64,000 nucleotides of DNA from the NCBI GenBank assembly GCA_951406725.2, contig OX597826.1, positions 64,108,001-64,172,000 on the forward strand. The letters are read 5' to 3'. Positions within the stretch are counted from its first letter, which is position 1; each line of letters begins with the position of its first letter. The DNA comes from Octopus vulgaris (Eukaryota). The position numbers were made by a program, and so were the translations under genes. Below, in pieces: positions 50,501 through 64,000 of the stretch. A model generated the notes under the pieces. That model had not been told where the DNA came from. It searched no databases and saw only the letters and a program-made list of their open reading frames with translations.

Positions 50501-50750
50501 AGGCTGAGGAGCCAGTGTCACACAGGGCAATACTCAAATATGAGTGGAGACATCTATGTACTGCATCACCACAATCTGCAGAAGAGAAAGAGCATGCCAT
50601 TGTGCAAGTTGGGGAAGAAATCTAAGTTAAACCTCCAAATGCGCAGTGCACATCACAATGGGGAAATAACCTCTATAAATACAAGGAACAATGTGTCTGT
50701 AGATGGCATGTCACATCATGTTTTGGATGTGCACAGGATCATCAATGCAG
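47600..50750 (+). mobile_element. Degenerate Ty3/Gypsy LTR retrotransposon internal region (gag-PR-deleted RT-RH-IN)
   Basis: Gag with Cys knuckles (47857-48624), protease ALMDMG, YIDNIL, RNase H CDAS/HINVAELDAV, integrase HH..CDRC, DNG, NGVVER; LTRs not recognisable. Confidence 0.88.
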
Positions 50751-50751
50751 G

Positions 50752-51068
50752 GATGGCCCCTCATGCAGCAAGAAGTGCCCCAAACAGCTCGTGTCGGTTC
50801 CTGTATTGCTGCACATTCAAATCTCTACCCAATCGACTCCAGAGGTTCTCAATAGGGTTCAGGTCAGGTGAATGGCCAGCACGTACTCCTCGCCACCAAA
50901 GAGGTATCCCGTACTATCTCAACGTACTTTGCTGCGTTGATGTTGCCTTCGACGGCATAGAGCCGCCCAACACCACTGTAGCTGAACGCCCCTCACACCA
51001 TCAGACCACCCCCACCATGCTTCATGGTGAGCAAATCAAGGGTGCTAATTAATTTCGGACGGTAGTGT
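50752..51068 (-). mobile_element. Tc1 fragment
   Basis: Minus strand SPDLNPIENLW; terminus ...ttcggacggtagtg-ta. Confidence 0.7.
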
Positions 51069-52260
51069 ATATTATTGAAACACATATTAGAAAGACAAGA
51101 ATTAAATTCAATTTATAGTATGATATTATATATAATTTAACTTAAAAAAACACTTTAAGACAATATAAGTAAAAACTAATAAGTTAGTAGATTTGAAAAT
51201 ACAACTGACTACTTCTTTTTAATAACCATATGGTTTCTTACTGATTCACAACTATCCACTACTACTATTAGTAACTTTCAGAAAATTCAAATAATACAAT
51301 AGACTTGAAATTATATCAATATGCCTTGTGACTATAAAGTATGTGGTATCATTAAAAAACAAATTTTTCTATGAATAACCACTCCCAGCCTAACCAAGGA
51401 CAATTTCTGACCTCAATAATGTCTATTGCTGATATTATTTCACCTAGACAAACTGAAGATAAACATCTCATTGAAGAAAGTTCAAAATTTACTACTATGT
51501 ACAACTCTAATGCAAATTAATTGAGGAGAAAATTTGTCTTTAAACAATGCCAAACTTTTATGCCCTGAAGAGATCACACCAGTAATGCATAAATTACAGC
51601 ATATGAATATGCAACAATATGCAATTGGTGTGATCAAAACACCTGTCAGACTTTTATACTAACTGGAAATAAACAAAGTTTAAAACCAACCACTCCAAGA
51701 GTGTAGTGGGTGCTTTTATGTGCCATTGGCACGAGGGCCAGTCAGGTGGTACTGGCAATGACCACACTGAAATTGTGTTTTTTACATGCCACCTGCATAG
51801 GAGCCAGTCCAGCAGCACTGGCAACGACCTTGCTTGAATATTTTTTTCCCGTGCCAGTAAGGCAACACTGGTAATGATCACGAATGGTGCTTTTTATGTG
51901 CCACCAACATGGGAGCCAGTCAGCTGCCCTGGCAACAATCGCGCTTGGATGGCTTTGGACGGCCCGTGGCTATAGTAGAAGACACTTGCATAAGGTGCCA
52001 CACAGTGGGACTGAACCTGGAACCATGTGGTTTGGAGCATATGTATGTGTGTATGTATGTGTTTATATATGTGTCAGTATATACTTTTGCATGTATATAT
52101 GTATAGGTTTGTCTAGAAGTTTGTATATTTGTTTTGTCTGTGTTATACTTGTGTTTATACTTGTACTCTCTCTATATATGTGTGTGTGTGCGCACAGATG
52201 CACGTGTGAGTGTATATATATATATATATATATATATATGCATGTGTACACGCACATATA

Positions 52261-52300
<40 letters not shown>

Positions 52301-53297
52301 ATAGGCATGTGATTTTACATATAAAAGATATCTTTTAACCTGGTTTGCAAGTATCATTTTATGGCTATCTAATATCTTCACATATTCAATGTGTCTGAAT
52401 TGTTTGAGCAGATGTTGGCAGACATACAGCCTTTATATATGTATGTGAATCTATTAACTTTTAAAGTCCTATAGTGTCTTCAATGTGTAAATCTTTCAAT
52501 ATTATTAGAAACTAGAGATTTTGATGAAATGCAGTTAGTTCAGGATAACAATAGTAGAAATATAACTATTGCATGAATTTGTATTAAATTTACTGATATG
52601 ATATATTGATTGATGGTATGTACAGTGAAAGTGGTTTTTATCTATTGTTGATTTTTTTATACCAGTGATCAAGCCCTTTCATCTACCAAATTTAGTTGAA
52701 TACAGTGAAGTTGATTATATATGTACATATATACTTTTACAAGAAATTGATTCCTGATCATAGATTTTATAATTAAATCATTGATAAATATATAATGCTA
52801 AATAAGATCATTAATAAATAATATTACTGAATTGTAACTCACTGTTCTTAACCAACAAGTTGAAGGGAGACAAAATCTGGAGAAATTTTCTTGATGAAAA
52901 GCAAAGAAATAAACAAACGTTGTGCAGGTAAGGAGTCCTTTGCAGTTTAATTATTTTCTGGTGCATATGAGCTCTCTCTTATGATATTTGACCTAAACAA
53001 ATAACGCTTTGCAATTGGGCAACAGCTACTAATATCTAGTCTCAGACATAAACGTAGTCTCTTTTGATAAGCTAACTGTATTTGTTACTTTCTTTTTATA
53101 CCCTTTTAGTTCAACACACACGTGTCAACTACAGTGACTAAGTTTTCATATTTTGATGATGAGATGGACACTCATACCATTTTTTATTTTATTTTTTAAA
53201 ATTTTATTTAGTTTCAGCTCACAAGCTGTGGCCATGCTGGGGCACCACCATGTACAAAAAAATTAATAATAATCATTAATAATGTACAACTATTAAT

Positions 53298-53336
<39 letters not shown>

Positions 53337-53558
53337 CCTTTCTTTTATAGGTACAAGGCTTGAAATTTGTGGGGAGGGCACCAGCCAATTAGATTGACCC
53401 CAATGCAGAACTGGTACTTAATTTATCGACCCTCGAAAGGATGAAAGGCAAAGTCGACTTTGGTGGAATTTGAACTCAGAGTGTAGTGACAAAGGAAACA
53501 TTGCTAAGCATTTCATCCAGCATGCTAACAATGATGATGATGATAATAATAATAATGC

Positions 53559-53608
<50 letters not shown>

Positions 53609-53642
53609 TTAATCAATAATATTAATAATAATCAATAACATT

Positions 53643-53838
53643 AATACACAAACGTTTTGGTTTTGTACATACCTGTTGTGTGTGTCACACCTCAAAGAAG
53701 TGGCAAAGCGAGAGAAAGAGGAGGACAGAGAGGAAGTAAGAGAGAAAGAGAGAGAGAGTGAAAGAGACAGTAAGTGGTGACAGCATTCATTTTGTGTTTT
53801 TAAATGTTTCAGAGAGAACGTAAGAGAGGAAGGAAGGG

Positions 53839-53873
<35 letters not shown>

Positions 53874-54499
53874 AAGTGAGAGTGAAAGAGACAGTGAGTG
53901 GTGACGGCATTCGATTTGTGTTTTTAAATGTTTATCACATCGTAAGAGAAGTATATACATATATACATTGTTAAATCAATAGAGGGAGAGAAGAGGGACA
54001 CAATGGAAGTGAAAGAGAAAGAGAGAAAGTGAGAGAGACAGTAGATATATAAATCCAAAGAAAAGTTCATACATAGATACATATACACTGCAAATATTGG
54101 CTGTCAATTTTACTTTTCATTACCACACGAGGATAAAATTAACTCACAAATGGCTAAGTACTCCACAGACATGCATAACATTAACATTGTTCTCAGGGAG
54201 ATTCAGCCTCATACAGAATATGACAAGGCTGGCCCCTTTGAATTACAGCTACAACTTGAGACTGTGTGTGTGTATAGTATAGGTTAGTTAAGACATGTTT
54301 GTAATAATAAGTGTCGCGTGGTGGAAATAAATGCAATTACCAAACTTTCATTCATAAATCTATTTATCATCTCGTTCTTTTGCATTTCAATTCTCTCTCT
54401 TACTTCCTCTCTGTCCTCCTCTCTCTCACTTTGCCACTTCTTTGAAGTAAGTGTGACGTACACAACAGGTATGTACAAAAACAAAAAGTTAGCGTATTA
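53643..54499. repeat. Inverted repeat pair, about 110-bp arms (53643-53750 / 54390-54499)
   Basis: ttttgtacatacctgttgtg...aaagaagtggcaaag...gaggacagagaggaagtaagagag and its reverse complement. Confidence 0.75.
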
Positions 54500-56109
54500 A
54501 TATTATTGATGGTTTTAAACTTTGCCACAAGGGCAGCAGTTTTGGGGGGAGGAGATGAGTCGATTACATCAACCCCAGTGTTCAACTGGTACTTATTTTA
54601 TTGATCCTGAAAGGATAAATGATATGCTTGTGAACACTTGTAGCTATTGAAACAGTCACTGGAAATGAAGTTTTTGAAATACCAATGATGTAGCTTAACT
54701 TCCATCTTTCTTCATACACACACAAATACAAACACAATATCACCATCTTCATCATCATCATAATCATTTTTTCCGTTTTGATGCTGGCAAGATTTTTCAC
54801 AGCAATATTCTGTACCCAACTTCCCTTCTTGACACTGTATTTCCTTGACATGTGAGGTGACGGTTATCTCCCTTGTATTAACAATCATTGGTAGAGGGAA
54901 CCACATGTATAATTTCATAGAGTTCTACTCAAGCAGAGATTAACCAAACTTTTTTAATGGCACATTGTCTGCAGCATGGGATTATTCCCAAGTAATGACA
55001 CAGAACTACACAAGGAAAAATAGGAATCTCTGATGGCTTCTGCCAATTCTCTTAAGAGTATATTAGATAATGTAGTCTTTCATACCCACTAAAAAGAACA
55101 AATGCAATGGATTTTTCCATTGATTTGGTTAATCAGGGTTGATCTGAAACTAAACAAAAACGGGTTGATCTTTCCATTCTTTGGTCAATGTTATTGCAAA
55201 GACAGTAACTTTTCTGCTGCTGAAGAGCTCAAAATTATGTGATCTGGCAGATCCAGCTGGTGCAAAAGATATCTGTCAGCAATAAAATAAGAGTGATTTT
55301 TATGCATCATGAGTCTATATGAAAGGTCCTATCAAGGTAAATAATGCTGTATTCTCTGTTCTAACCTAAGTACCACTATAAGTTGGAGATAAAGATTTAT
55401 CTTCTCATATATAACGGAAAAGAGAGACAAAAGTGGGAGAGAAATAGACAGAGAGCAGAGGCAGGGCCAGATAGGAAGATAGATAGGAACAGACAGACTA
55501 GTAGATTGCATACATGCACACAAACATATAGATGAATAGACAGATTGATGGATCTGCACATCTATCTATAGATAGATAGATAGCTAGATGGATAGATGGA
55601 TAGATAGATAGATAGATAGATAGATGCATGGCGGCGAGGTTAAGAAGTCAACAAGTTTGCTTGAGAACCACCTGCTTTTTTGGGGTGGGTGTGGGTGTGT
55701 TGTTGGAGCCCACTGTACAGTTCCTTAAGCAAGTGTTTTTTATTCTAGCCTTGTTGCTAATGCTTACCATGTTTCCAAGCAAGGTAATATTTCCCATGTT
55801 TTCCATGAAAGACTGGAAATGAATAACATCATTTGTAAGATGGTGATTTTAAGACAAGAGTATACACACACACACACGATAGATTTTCAGTTTCTGCCTG
55901 TCAAATCCACTCACAAAGCTTTGGTTGGCCCAGGGCTATTGTAGAAGACCCTTACCCATAGAGTCACACAGTGGGACTTGAACCCAATACCATATGGTTG
56001 GGAAGCAAACTTCATAACCACATAAGTTACTCCTGTACCTATAATACCAAAATAATATTGCAGTATTCTTCTAAGACATCCAATCTGAATGATACAAACC
56101 ACAGATTTG

Positions 56110-56247
<138 letters not shown>

Positions 56248-56323
56248 AAGGTGCATGGCTCAGTGGTTAGAGCATCGAGCTTACGATCTTGAAGTTGTGA
56301 GTTCAAATCCCGCACTGGGCTGC

Positions 56324-56344
<21 letters not shown>

Positions 56345-56363
<19 letters not shown>

Positions 56364-56730
56364 GGCAGTTTGTCTGTGCGTTTTCTGTGTGTCTGTTTTC
56401 TCGTACCCTCACTCTGACCATGGCTTTCAACCGATTCTGATGAAACTTGACACACACATAGCCCAATGTCATAATTCAAAACTAACGCAGCGAAAATTTT
56501 GAAAAGTTCCCCCAGTTCTGAAAAATCGATAAATTCGACATGGGGTCGAGAATCAGAAACCCAAACCACAGACCGTCTAGGGGACGCAACTCCACCTTTT
56601 TTAACTCTCAAAAAAAAAATTTACCATCATTTTTTTCCCATTTTTTTTCTATTTTTTGGCTATAACTCTCTAAAAATGCTTTATAGTTATTTCCCTTACA
56701 AACCTGAGCAACGCCGGGCGATACTGCTAG
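56345..56730 (+). mobile_element. Non-autonomous Helitron-like element
   Basis: 3' end gagcaacgccgggcgatactgCTAG|T; 5' end obscured by (TA)n; shares its 3' part with 57437-57800. Confidence 0.7.
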
Positions 56731-57232
56731 TATATATATATACTAGACTAGGCTGCATGTAAATATATATATATATATATATGGAAACTAATGAGAGAGC
56801 ATGGTCTCCCAACTTGCTAGAAATAGTTGCCTGCTAAATGTCCTTCAGATTACATCCCATTTTCAAATAAAGGACACTGTATAATCTGGTACTGGATGCA
56901 TTCTGCCTCTAAAGAGAAAAGGATAGTCATAGTTAGAATGCCTCTGAGCATGTCTGCTCAATCAAGATTGATTTTTAACCAAAGTAACAGCAATGTCAAT
57001 GACCATGTTTAGTACAAACTATTGCGTTAGTTTTATTGTGTGAAGAAGATAAAGATTTCAAATTAAAGACTGGAATGGAATTGGCTTTGTTTGAATTTTC
57101 TTTTTGTAATAAAATTTCCCATATTATTGCAAGTCATGCTTGCTGATTGACCTATGACTTCTAATTATGAACTGTATATGATGATGGCATGTGCATAAAC
57201 AATTTCTTAGTTTATTTTAAAGTTTGTTTTCC

Positions 57233-58042
57233 TCTTGCATGGCTTCAGAGTAGATATCTTTTCTTGCCATGAGTCAAGCATAAAAAGAACACAAGCTATG
57301 AAATCCATGTTCCACATGAAGACAGAATAGACACAGCTTAGGTTGGGAAAGATTGTTATGAGATGCTACTGCAGGACAGTATAGATGCTGGTTGATGTGC
57401 AGTACTCATTCTCGTAGAAGTTCGATGTATAGGTTACTAGCAGTATCGCCTGGCGTTGCTCGGGTTTGTAGGGGAAATAACTATATAAGCATTTTTAGAG
57501 AGTTATAGCCAAAAAAATGCATTAAAAATGGAAAACAAATGATGGTAAATTTTTTTTTAAATCGTTGACTCATCGTAGACATTTTTAGAGAGTTACTTCC
57601 CTTATATAATAGCGAAAAAATGCATTAAAATGATAAATTTTTTTGAAAATCGTAGACTCACGCTAATACCCAGAAGGGCTCGATATGAATCACGACTATA
57701 AGATACCCGGTTTTGGTTACACTGCACCGCAAAATGTGGGAGTAGTTAGGAATCTAAATCATAGGAGACAGACACACAACTTCTCTTTTATATATAAAGA
57801 TATCAGAACAAGACTAAGTCAGTGGTCTTGCATGGCTTCAGAGTAGATATCTTTTCTTGCCATGAGTCAAGCATAAAAAGAACACAAGCTATGAAATCCA
57901 TGTTCCACATGAAGACAGAATAGACACAGCTTAGGTTGGGAAAGATTAATGTTATGAGATGCTACTGGAAGACAGTATAGATGCTGGTTGATGTGCAGTA
58001 CTCATTCTCGTAGAAGTTGGATGAATAGGTTATATCAGAACA
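57233..58042. repeat. Local tandem duplication of about 215 bp (57233-57436 plus 57801-57810, and 57826-58042)
   Basis: Near-identical copies starting tcttgcatggcttcagagtag. Confidence 0.92.
57437..57800 (-). mobile_element. Non-autonomous Helitron, 364 bp
   Basis: 5' TC, 3' GC-rich hairpin plus CTAG, inserted between A and T with no TSD; empty site preserved in the adjacent duplicate (aggtta|tatcagaaca at 58027-58042). Confidence 0.88.
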
Positions 58043-58130
58043 TTGATAAACAAATACTGTCTTGAAAGAGATCCAGGTGACATTTGAGAGAGCCAACCAT
58101 TGGATATGGCTGAATGGGAATGACGAAATG

Positions 58131-58359
58131 TGGCTGGAGAGGTAATGATGGTAAAATGGACTTGGGGGTCAACTGCTAGTCAGTTGAACTGATAGGTGGG
58201 GCGGGGCCTCACATTAGTGAGTGGGGCTGGTACACTGTAAAGAAACATGGCTGGAGAGGTAATGAAGCTAAAATGGACTTGGGGGTCAACTGCTAGTCAG
58301 TTGAACTGATAGTTGGGATGGGGCCTCACATTAGTGAGTGGGGTTGGTGCACTGTAAAG
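58131..58359. repeat. Tandem duplication, period 117 bp
   Basis: tggctggagaggtaatga...cactgtaaaga twice. Confidence 0.92.
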
Positions 58360-60050
58360 ACATTGAGAGGAAGGCCCCAAAATGGTGAACATTCTCTCCT
58401 GATGACCCCTGAAATGTACTGGCATCTGGTATGTGGTATATTTGATTGAGTGCACTTGCACTGGAAAGCTGTTTCCAAGTCTCTGTTGTCATCATTTAAC
58501 GTCCATTTTTCTATGCTTGATTGGTTGGGATTGAATTTGCTGAGGCAGGCTTTCTATGGTTGGGTGTTTCTTCCTGTCCCCAACGCTCACCTATTTCCAA
58601 GTTAATATTTCTTCCATAACCAAGCATATTTCCATGGAAGATTCAAAATGAAGGCCACAGCTGTATGACAGAAATACTTGTTTACAACTGTCACCTGATG
58701 TCAATGCGAGGAAACACCAGCACACATACATGCACATATATATGCATACATATGATGGGCTTCTTTCTGTTTCTGCCAACCAAATTCACTTACAAGGATT
58801 TGGTTTGCACCAGTCTATAGTAGAAATAGTGGAGGCGCATGGCTTAGGGGTTAGGGTGTTGGAATCATGATTGTAAGATTGTGGTTTTGATTCCTAGACT
58901 GGGTGATGCATTGTGTTCTTGAGCAAAACACTTCATTTCATGTTGCTCCAGTCCACTCAGCTGGCAAAAGTGAATAATCCTGTGATGGACTGGCATCCCA
59001 TCCAGGTGGGGAATTTATACACCACGGAAACTGGGAAACAGGTCCTTTTGAGTCATCATGATTTGAGAAGGTAACTTTACCTTCATCTTTTAGTCTATAG
59101 TTGAAGGCACTCATCCAAGGTGCCCAGTGGTAGGACTGAACCTGGAACAGTGTGATTGGTATGAATTAAAGTTGTAAGTCAAACAAGATGTTATAATAAA
59201 TTTATTCCAGCAAGAAAGGTAATTCTTTAATACATTTTTCAGAATACTTTAACATAAGGAAACCACATGAGTTTAATATTTTTACCCAATTCTCCTTGAT
59301 ATTAGTAATGTTTTGTCTGATGTTTTAGATATAGAAGAAGTATTCAATTAACTGTGCATATTTTACTTGGTCCATAAATATGTCCCCATTATTTTCATTT
59401 GTATAATAACCAGAAGTAAAGAAAATGGTTTGCTATTCTTTCTTATAACGTTGTAATAACAGTTGAAATAGTTTGAAAATGATGTTTCTTTCTAAATAGG
59501 ATATTTCAGATATTGAAACACCTTTTGAGTTTGCAAGATATTACAGCAAAATATTGCTTTCCTATGATTAGGTAAATGGCAAAATTTTGTTGATTGTCTC
59601 ATCCTCATTCTATTATTGATACTCGATTTATTAACTGTGGAGGGCTGAAGAGTAAAGTGAATCTGAGTAATATTTAAATACAGAACACAGAAAAGTGGAC
59701 CTAAACACTACAATTTAGAGTCTTGCTCTATCATTTCTGCCACTGCCTTTATCATAGCAAGATACTCTCTTCCAATACCCAGAATATTTAACGTTTTAAA
59801 ATGTGAAGCCAGAACATACAAATAGATTTATATATCAATGATTTAATTAAAAATTACATTCCAAAATGTTTTTAAAGTCTCTATTAATCTTAAAATTATT
59901 TAGTATAGATCAGATTCTTTTTAGATTATTTTAGCAAATTGTGTTCATGATATTCAAAATACAAAAAAATATTTGTCGACTTTCATAATTAAGTCTAGCA
60001 TTCTTTCCTAGTATTTTTTTAATCACAAATTTGAACTGTCTAGTATTGTA

Positions 60051-62153
60051 TCAAATTGGTGCTTCTCTTGGTTCTATTAGAATTTCATTAACGGCAACAT
60101 AGGCTGGTTGTGATGTAGCATAGATGCAAGCTTGTGCAACATCATCAGGCTCTAATATCTTCGTATTACTGCTACCATCATACAAATTCTTTGCCTGTAA
60201 AAGGAAATAAAAATAAAAATACATCTCTAAGTAAATTTAGAATCAGCTAGTTAGGTATAATAAGCTATGCTGTTAAAGTAAGTAATACCAAAGGAAGGAA
60301 TAGAGATGTAAGAAGGTTGATAATATGAAGTATAATGTTTATGTAATAAGGATTTATAAACTTTGAGGGACATAAAATAATTTGGTTCTACTGATGAAGT
60401 TAGAAATAATAATCAGACACTGATGGGCCAGAATCTCTAGTTTACTGGTATCCTGCACAGAATAGTATTAAAAAAAATTTTATCATTTATACTAACATAC
60501 AGGCACTTGTATTTCATTTAATTATGTAAGTAAATTTAATATTTGTTTCCTTTAGAGTGCGTTAACCAAGATGGTCACCCATAGCTTGAAGGATCAGTAA
60601 TCTGGAAAAATTTTGGAACCAAAGGTTCACAAAAGTCGTTGTTGTACCTGTATTTTATTCATGTTTATTCCAGATCTGACAGGTAAAAGAATTAAATGCT
60701 AGATACCTCCTGATCTGTTGTATGATTTAATAGCTCTGTTTTCACATCACCAGGTTGAAGGCATGTTACTCGTATTCCCAAGGAAGCCACCTCTTGTCTT
60801 AGAGCTTGAGATAAACCTTCAACAAAGAATTTTGATCCAGAATATACTGCTAAACCAGCAAAACCCTGCAAAAATAGGGGAAAATATTAGGTATATATTT
60901 TTTTCATTAGACACATAATTTCAGATTTATGACAGAGAAAATGAGATTAGATGAGGATGATGTCTTTCTGAAAAGTATTAGCAATGTGAGATGATATGCA
61001 TGCAATTTAGAATTGAAAACAAGTCACTGCTGTGGTGAATTGATTTGTTGTAGCCCTTTGGGGACAGATGATTTGTCCCAACTGATTAGGTGTTCAGCAA
61101 ACTGGACATTCAGCCTGTTTTGGCAGCTGTACTTTTTAGGGGTTGGAGGCAAACATAGTTGCGTACACGCATGCACACACACACACACACACACACATAT
61201 ACAGGTAGAAAGAGCGAGAGACATTGCAATTTAATAATCGAATATGATTGACACAAAGCTTTCTCTCTCCTCAGATACATAAAGACAAATATACTCACAC
61301 ACATATGCTGTACGTGAGAAGACCAGGCAGGACAAGTGAGCCCAGCCCACTTATGCATGCCTTTCCTTCCTTGGACACAAAGACCTGTTGAGGCAAGCGA
61401 AGTCGATATCGAACCTCATCCGACGACAGGCACCCATGCCAACCCCCTTTGCTTGCGAAGACATGTTGGGGCAAGTGAAATCGAAATCGAAATTGAACCA
61501 ATCCTATGACTGGCACCCGGCAGATGCCAGGACACCTGGACTGGTGGTACGTAAAAAGCACTGTCTGAATCGAGGCCGATGCCAGCGCCGCCTCGACTGG
61601 CTTCCGTGCCGGTGGCACGTAAATTGCACCAATCCGACCGTTGCCAGCCTCGCCTGGCACCTGTGCGGGTGGCACGTAAAAAGCACCCACTACACTCACG
61701 GAGTGGTTGGCGTTAGGAAGGGCATCCAGCTGTAGAAACATTGCCAGATAAGACTGGAGCCTGGTGCAGCCTTCTGGCTTCCCAGATCCCCGGTCGAACC
61801 GTCCAACCCATGCTAGCATGGAGAATGGACGTTAAACGATGATGATGATATAAACAGAAAGAAAGAAATAGAAAGAATGAGACAAACATTAAAATGCCTG
61901 ATGTCAAACAGGCCAGTGTTGAATCAGTGACATTAAACAAGTGGTGCCTAAATGTCTCATCAATTTTTGACAAAGACAAATCTGCATAGTTTATAGGTGG
62001 TTTTAATCGATTAGACTGACTCAATGATTGGTACTTATTTTATTGAGCTTGGAAGAATTAGAACTCAGGAAATAAAGGAATGTAACTAAATATCACGGGG
62101 CATGTTCAAACAATTCTACCATTCCACTGACTTCTGTAGAATAACTGATTTTT

Positions 62154-62212
<59 letters not shown>

Positions 62213-62547
62213 GTATGTGTGTGTGTGTGTGTGTGTGTGGAGGCGCAATGGCCTAGTGATTAGAGCAGCGGACTCGCGGTCGTAGGATCGCGGTTTCGAT
62301 TCCCAGACCGGGCGTTGTGAGTGTTTATTGAGCGAAAACACCTAAAGCTCCACGAGGCTCTGGCATGGGGTGGTGGCAATCCCTGCTGTACTCTTTCGCC
62401 ACAACTTTCTCTCACTCTTTCTTCTGTTGGACTGCTCGTTTAGCCAGTGGGGTGGCGTCATTTGAAGGCTAAAACAATGCGAAATGCATTGTGACCAGCG
62501 ATGTGTAACAATATCTTATGGCCTGGTCGGTCACGGTGATCACGGTG

Positions 62548-62610
<63 letters not shown>

Positions 62611-63423
62611 AAGAGACAGATAGATATGTATATAAGACATCTGTGTTTGTCATACTCTCATACTTTAGCTTTTCAACATCTGACATAAAGTCACCTTCCT
62701 CTCTTAAATGCTCTCCCTTCCTCACTCAGTTATGGACTTCTTTTCCTTTTAAACTGTTCCTTCTCTGTCTTTGCAAGTTACTTGTCATCCTCGTTAGTGC
62801 AACAGCATGAGTAAGGGCATCCATTCAGCCATAGAAATCATGCCAAAACTAACACTGGGGCTTGGCACAGCCCTCAGGATCAATAGGTCCTGTCAAACCA
62901 TTCAACCCACACCAGCATGGAAAATGGATGACAAAGACAGGGAACTTGCAACGTGAAAAGGAAAAAGGTTTAATAACCCTTATATATTTCAAGTACAATG
63001 GTCCATCATCAGAAATAAAGAATGACAAAATGTTAGTCTACAGTACTGGCCTGTACTCCCACCTAAAATATCAAAATGTGAGTTTTTTTTCCAGGAGAGG
63101 AGGGAAATGAACTGCATCTACTTTCATTCAATAATGTTTGTTATGTTCATAAAATGAAGAACTTACCATCAGGTTTCTCTAACATGGTTTGCAGCAAACT
63201 TACATTGTAAATTATTCTACACAATTAATCTACACAGTGTAAATTAGTCCTAATACAATCACCTAATCACAGACAAATGAAGTGATGATATATAAAGCCA
63301 AAAAAAAAACAAAAAAAAGAAGCTATATACTCTTCTTCCTGCATCAGAGGATATGTTGACAATATGACCAGACTTTTTCTTTATCATCCCATCAAGGACA
63401 GCACCAATACAGTTAGTCACACC
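60051..63423 (-). CDS. SDR-B: tandem paralog, last three exons complement(join(60051..60194,60707..60865,63331..63423)); 5' part lies outside the window
   Basis: Exon sizes 93/159/144 are identical to SDR-A. Translation: GVTNCIG...DAGRR / [14 protein letters not shown]...DQE / [18 protein letters not shown]...EPREAPI*. Flanking introns are homologous to those of SDR-A. Confidence 0.92.
62239..62549 (+). mobile_element. tRNA-derived SINE; related heads at 28231, 56247, 58831
   Basis: Box A tggcctagtgattaga, box B gtttcgattcc, body continues with no tRNA 3' end; flanked by microsatellites. Confidence 0.8.
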
Positions 63424-63937
63424 CTGAAGAAACAAAAATAAAAAGGTGTCCAATTTTCAAAAGTAATATATTTTCCAAAAATTGAATTGAATTTATTGAA
63501 AAAGTAAATTATTTTTAAAAATAAAGATATTGGTGATTTGTTACTGATAATTTATTTGTTATTCTTGCTTTAGCTAAAATCACTTAATATTTTCTAATTT
63601 TAGATCTGTATTCAGGTATATCTGTATATCTATAAAAGGCAGGATGTGTGTGTGTGTGTTTGTGTGTGTATACATGAACGTAATTTATGCACGTCCACAA
63701 ATTAGCATGCATGGAACTCCAATTTTGGGAAGACATTCGTCACAACCCTAGTTGGATTTTTGTCAACTTATTTTTCTCGAGGCACCCATGGATAGCAGTA
63801 AAAATTGATTTTCAACCATAACTTTTACCAATTTTGAAGTTTGCTAACATGAGTTAAGTCCCCTTCTTACCATAAGGAAGTGAAAGCGTGTGTGTGTGTG
63901 TGTAAGGGAGAGAGAGAGAGAAGTTGTGTGTTGATGT

Positions 63938-63971
<34 letters not shown>

Positions 63972-64000
63972 GAGAGAGATTTTGACAGTGTCTAACAAAA

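Larger units (their letters stand above)
59405..63490. repeat. Duplicated segment homologous to about 34455..43590 (SDR 3' flank, exons and introns)
   Basis: Co-linear intron and flank similarity, e.g. 34501-34980 vs 59459-59960, 37250-37610 vs 60505-60875, 43085-43530 vs 62975-63440. Confidence 0.92.

Noticed and set aside
58399-58420. CTGATGA...GAAA hammerhead (also 56437)
   Set aside because: No stem II or stem I pairing

Overview
AT-rich, microsatellite- and SINE-dense animal genomic DNA; the repeat families are typical of an octopus-like coleoid cephalopod (inference from recalled repeat sequences). Spliced genes read directly from the sequence: (1) a 4-exon ING1/ING2-type PHD-finger gene on + (6934..31634, 255 aa, 20-kb first intron); (2) a convergent 6-exon NADP(H)-type short-chain dehydrogenase/reductase on - (35149..47027, 252 aa, 'SDR-A'); (3) the last three exons of a tandem paralog ('SDR-B', 60051..63423) that continues out of the window. 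Both SDRs closely resemble the terminal R2 domain of NRPS-like A-T-R1-R2 (ATRR, glycine betaine reductase) proteins. The start codon of SDR-A lies in what appears to be a frameshifted relic of the last R1-domain exon, suggesting a stand-alone gene born by partial duplication of an animal NRPS-like gene. Introns hold nested Tc1/mariner, pogo-like, hAT, Helitron, Gypsy, CR1/RTE and SINE insertions, several long inverted repeats, and at least three minimal hammerhead-ribozyme folds in short Penelope/retrozyme-like elements. All counts and identities were made by eye.
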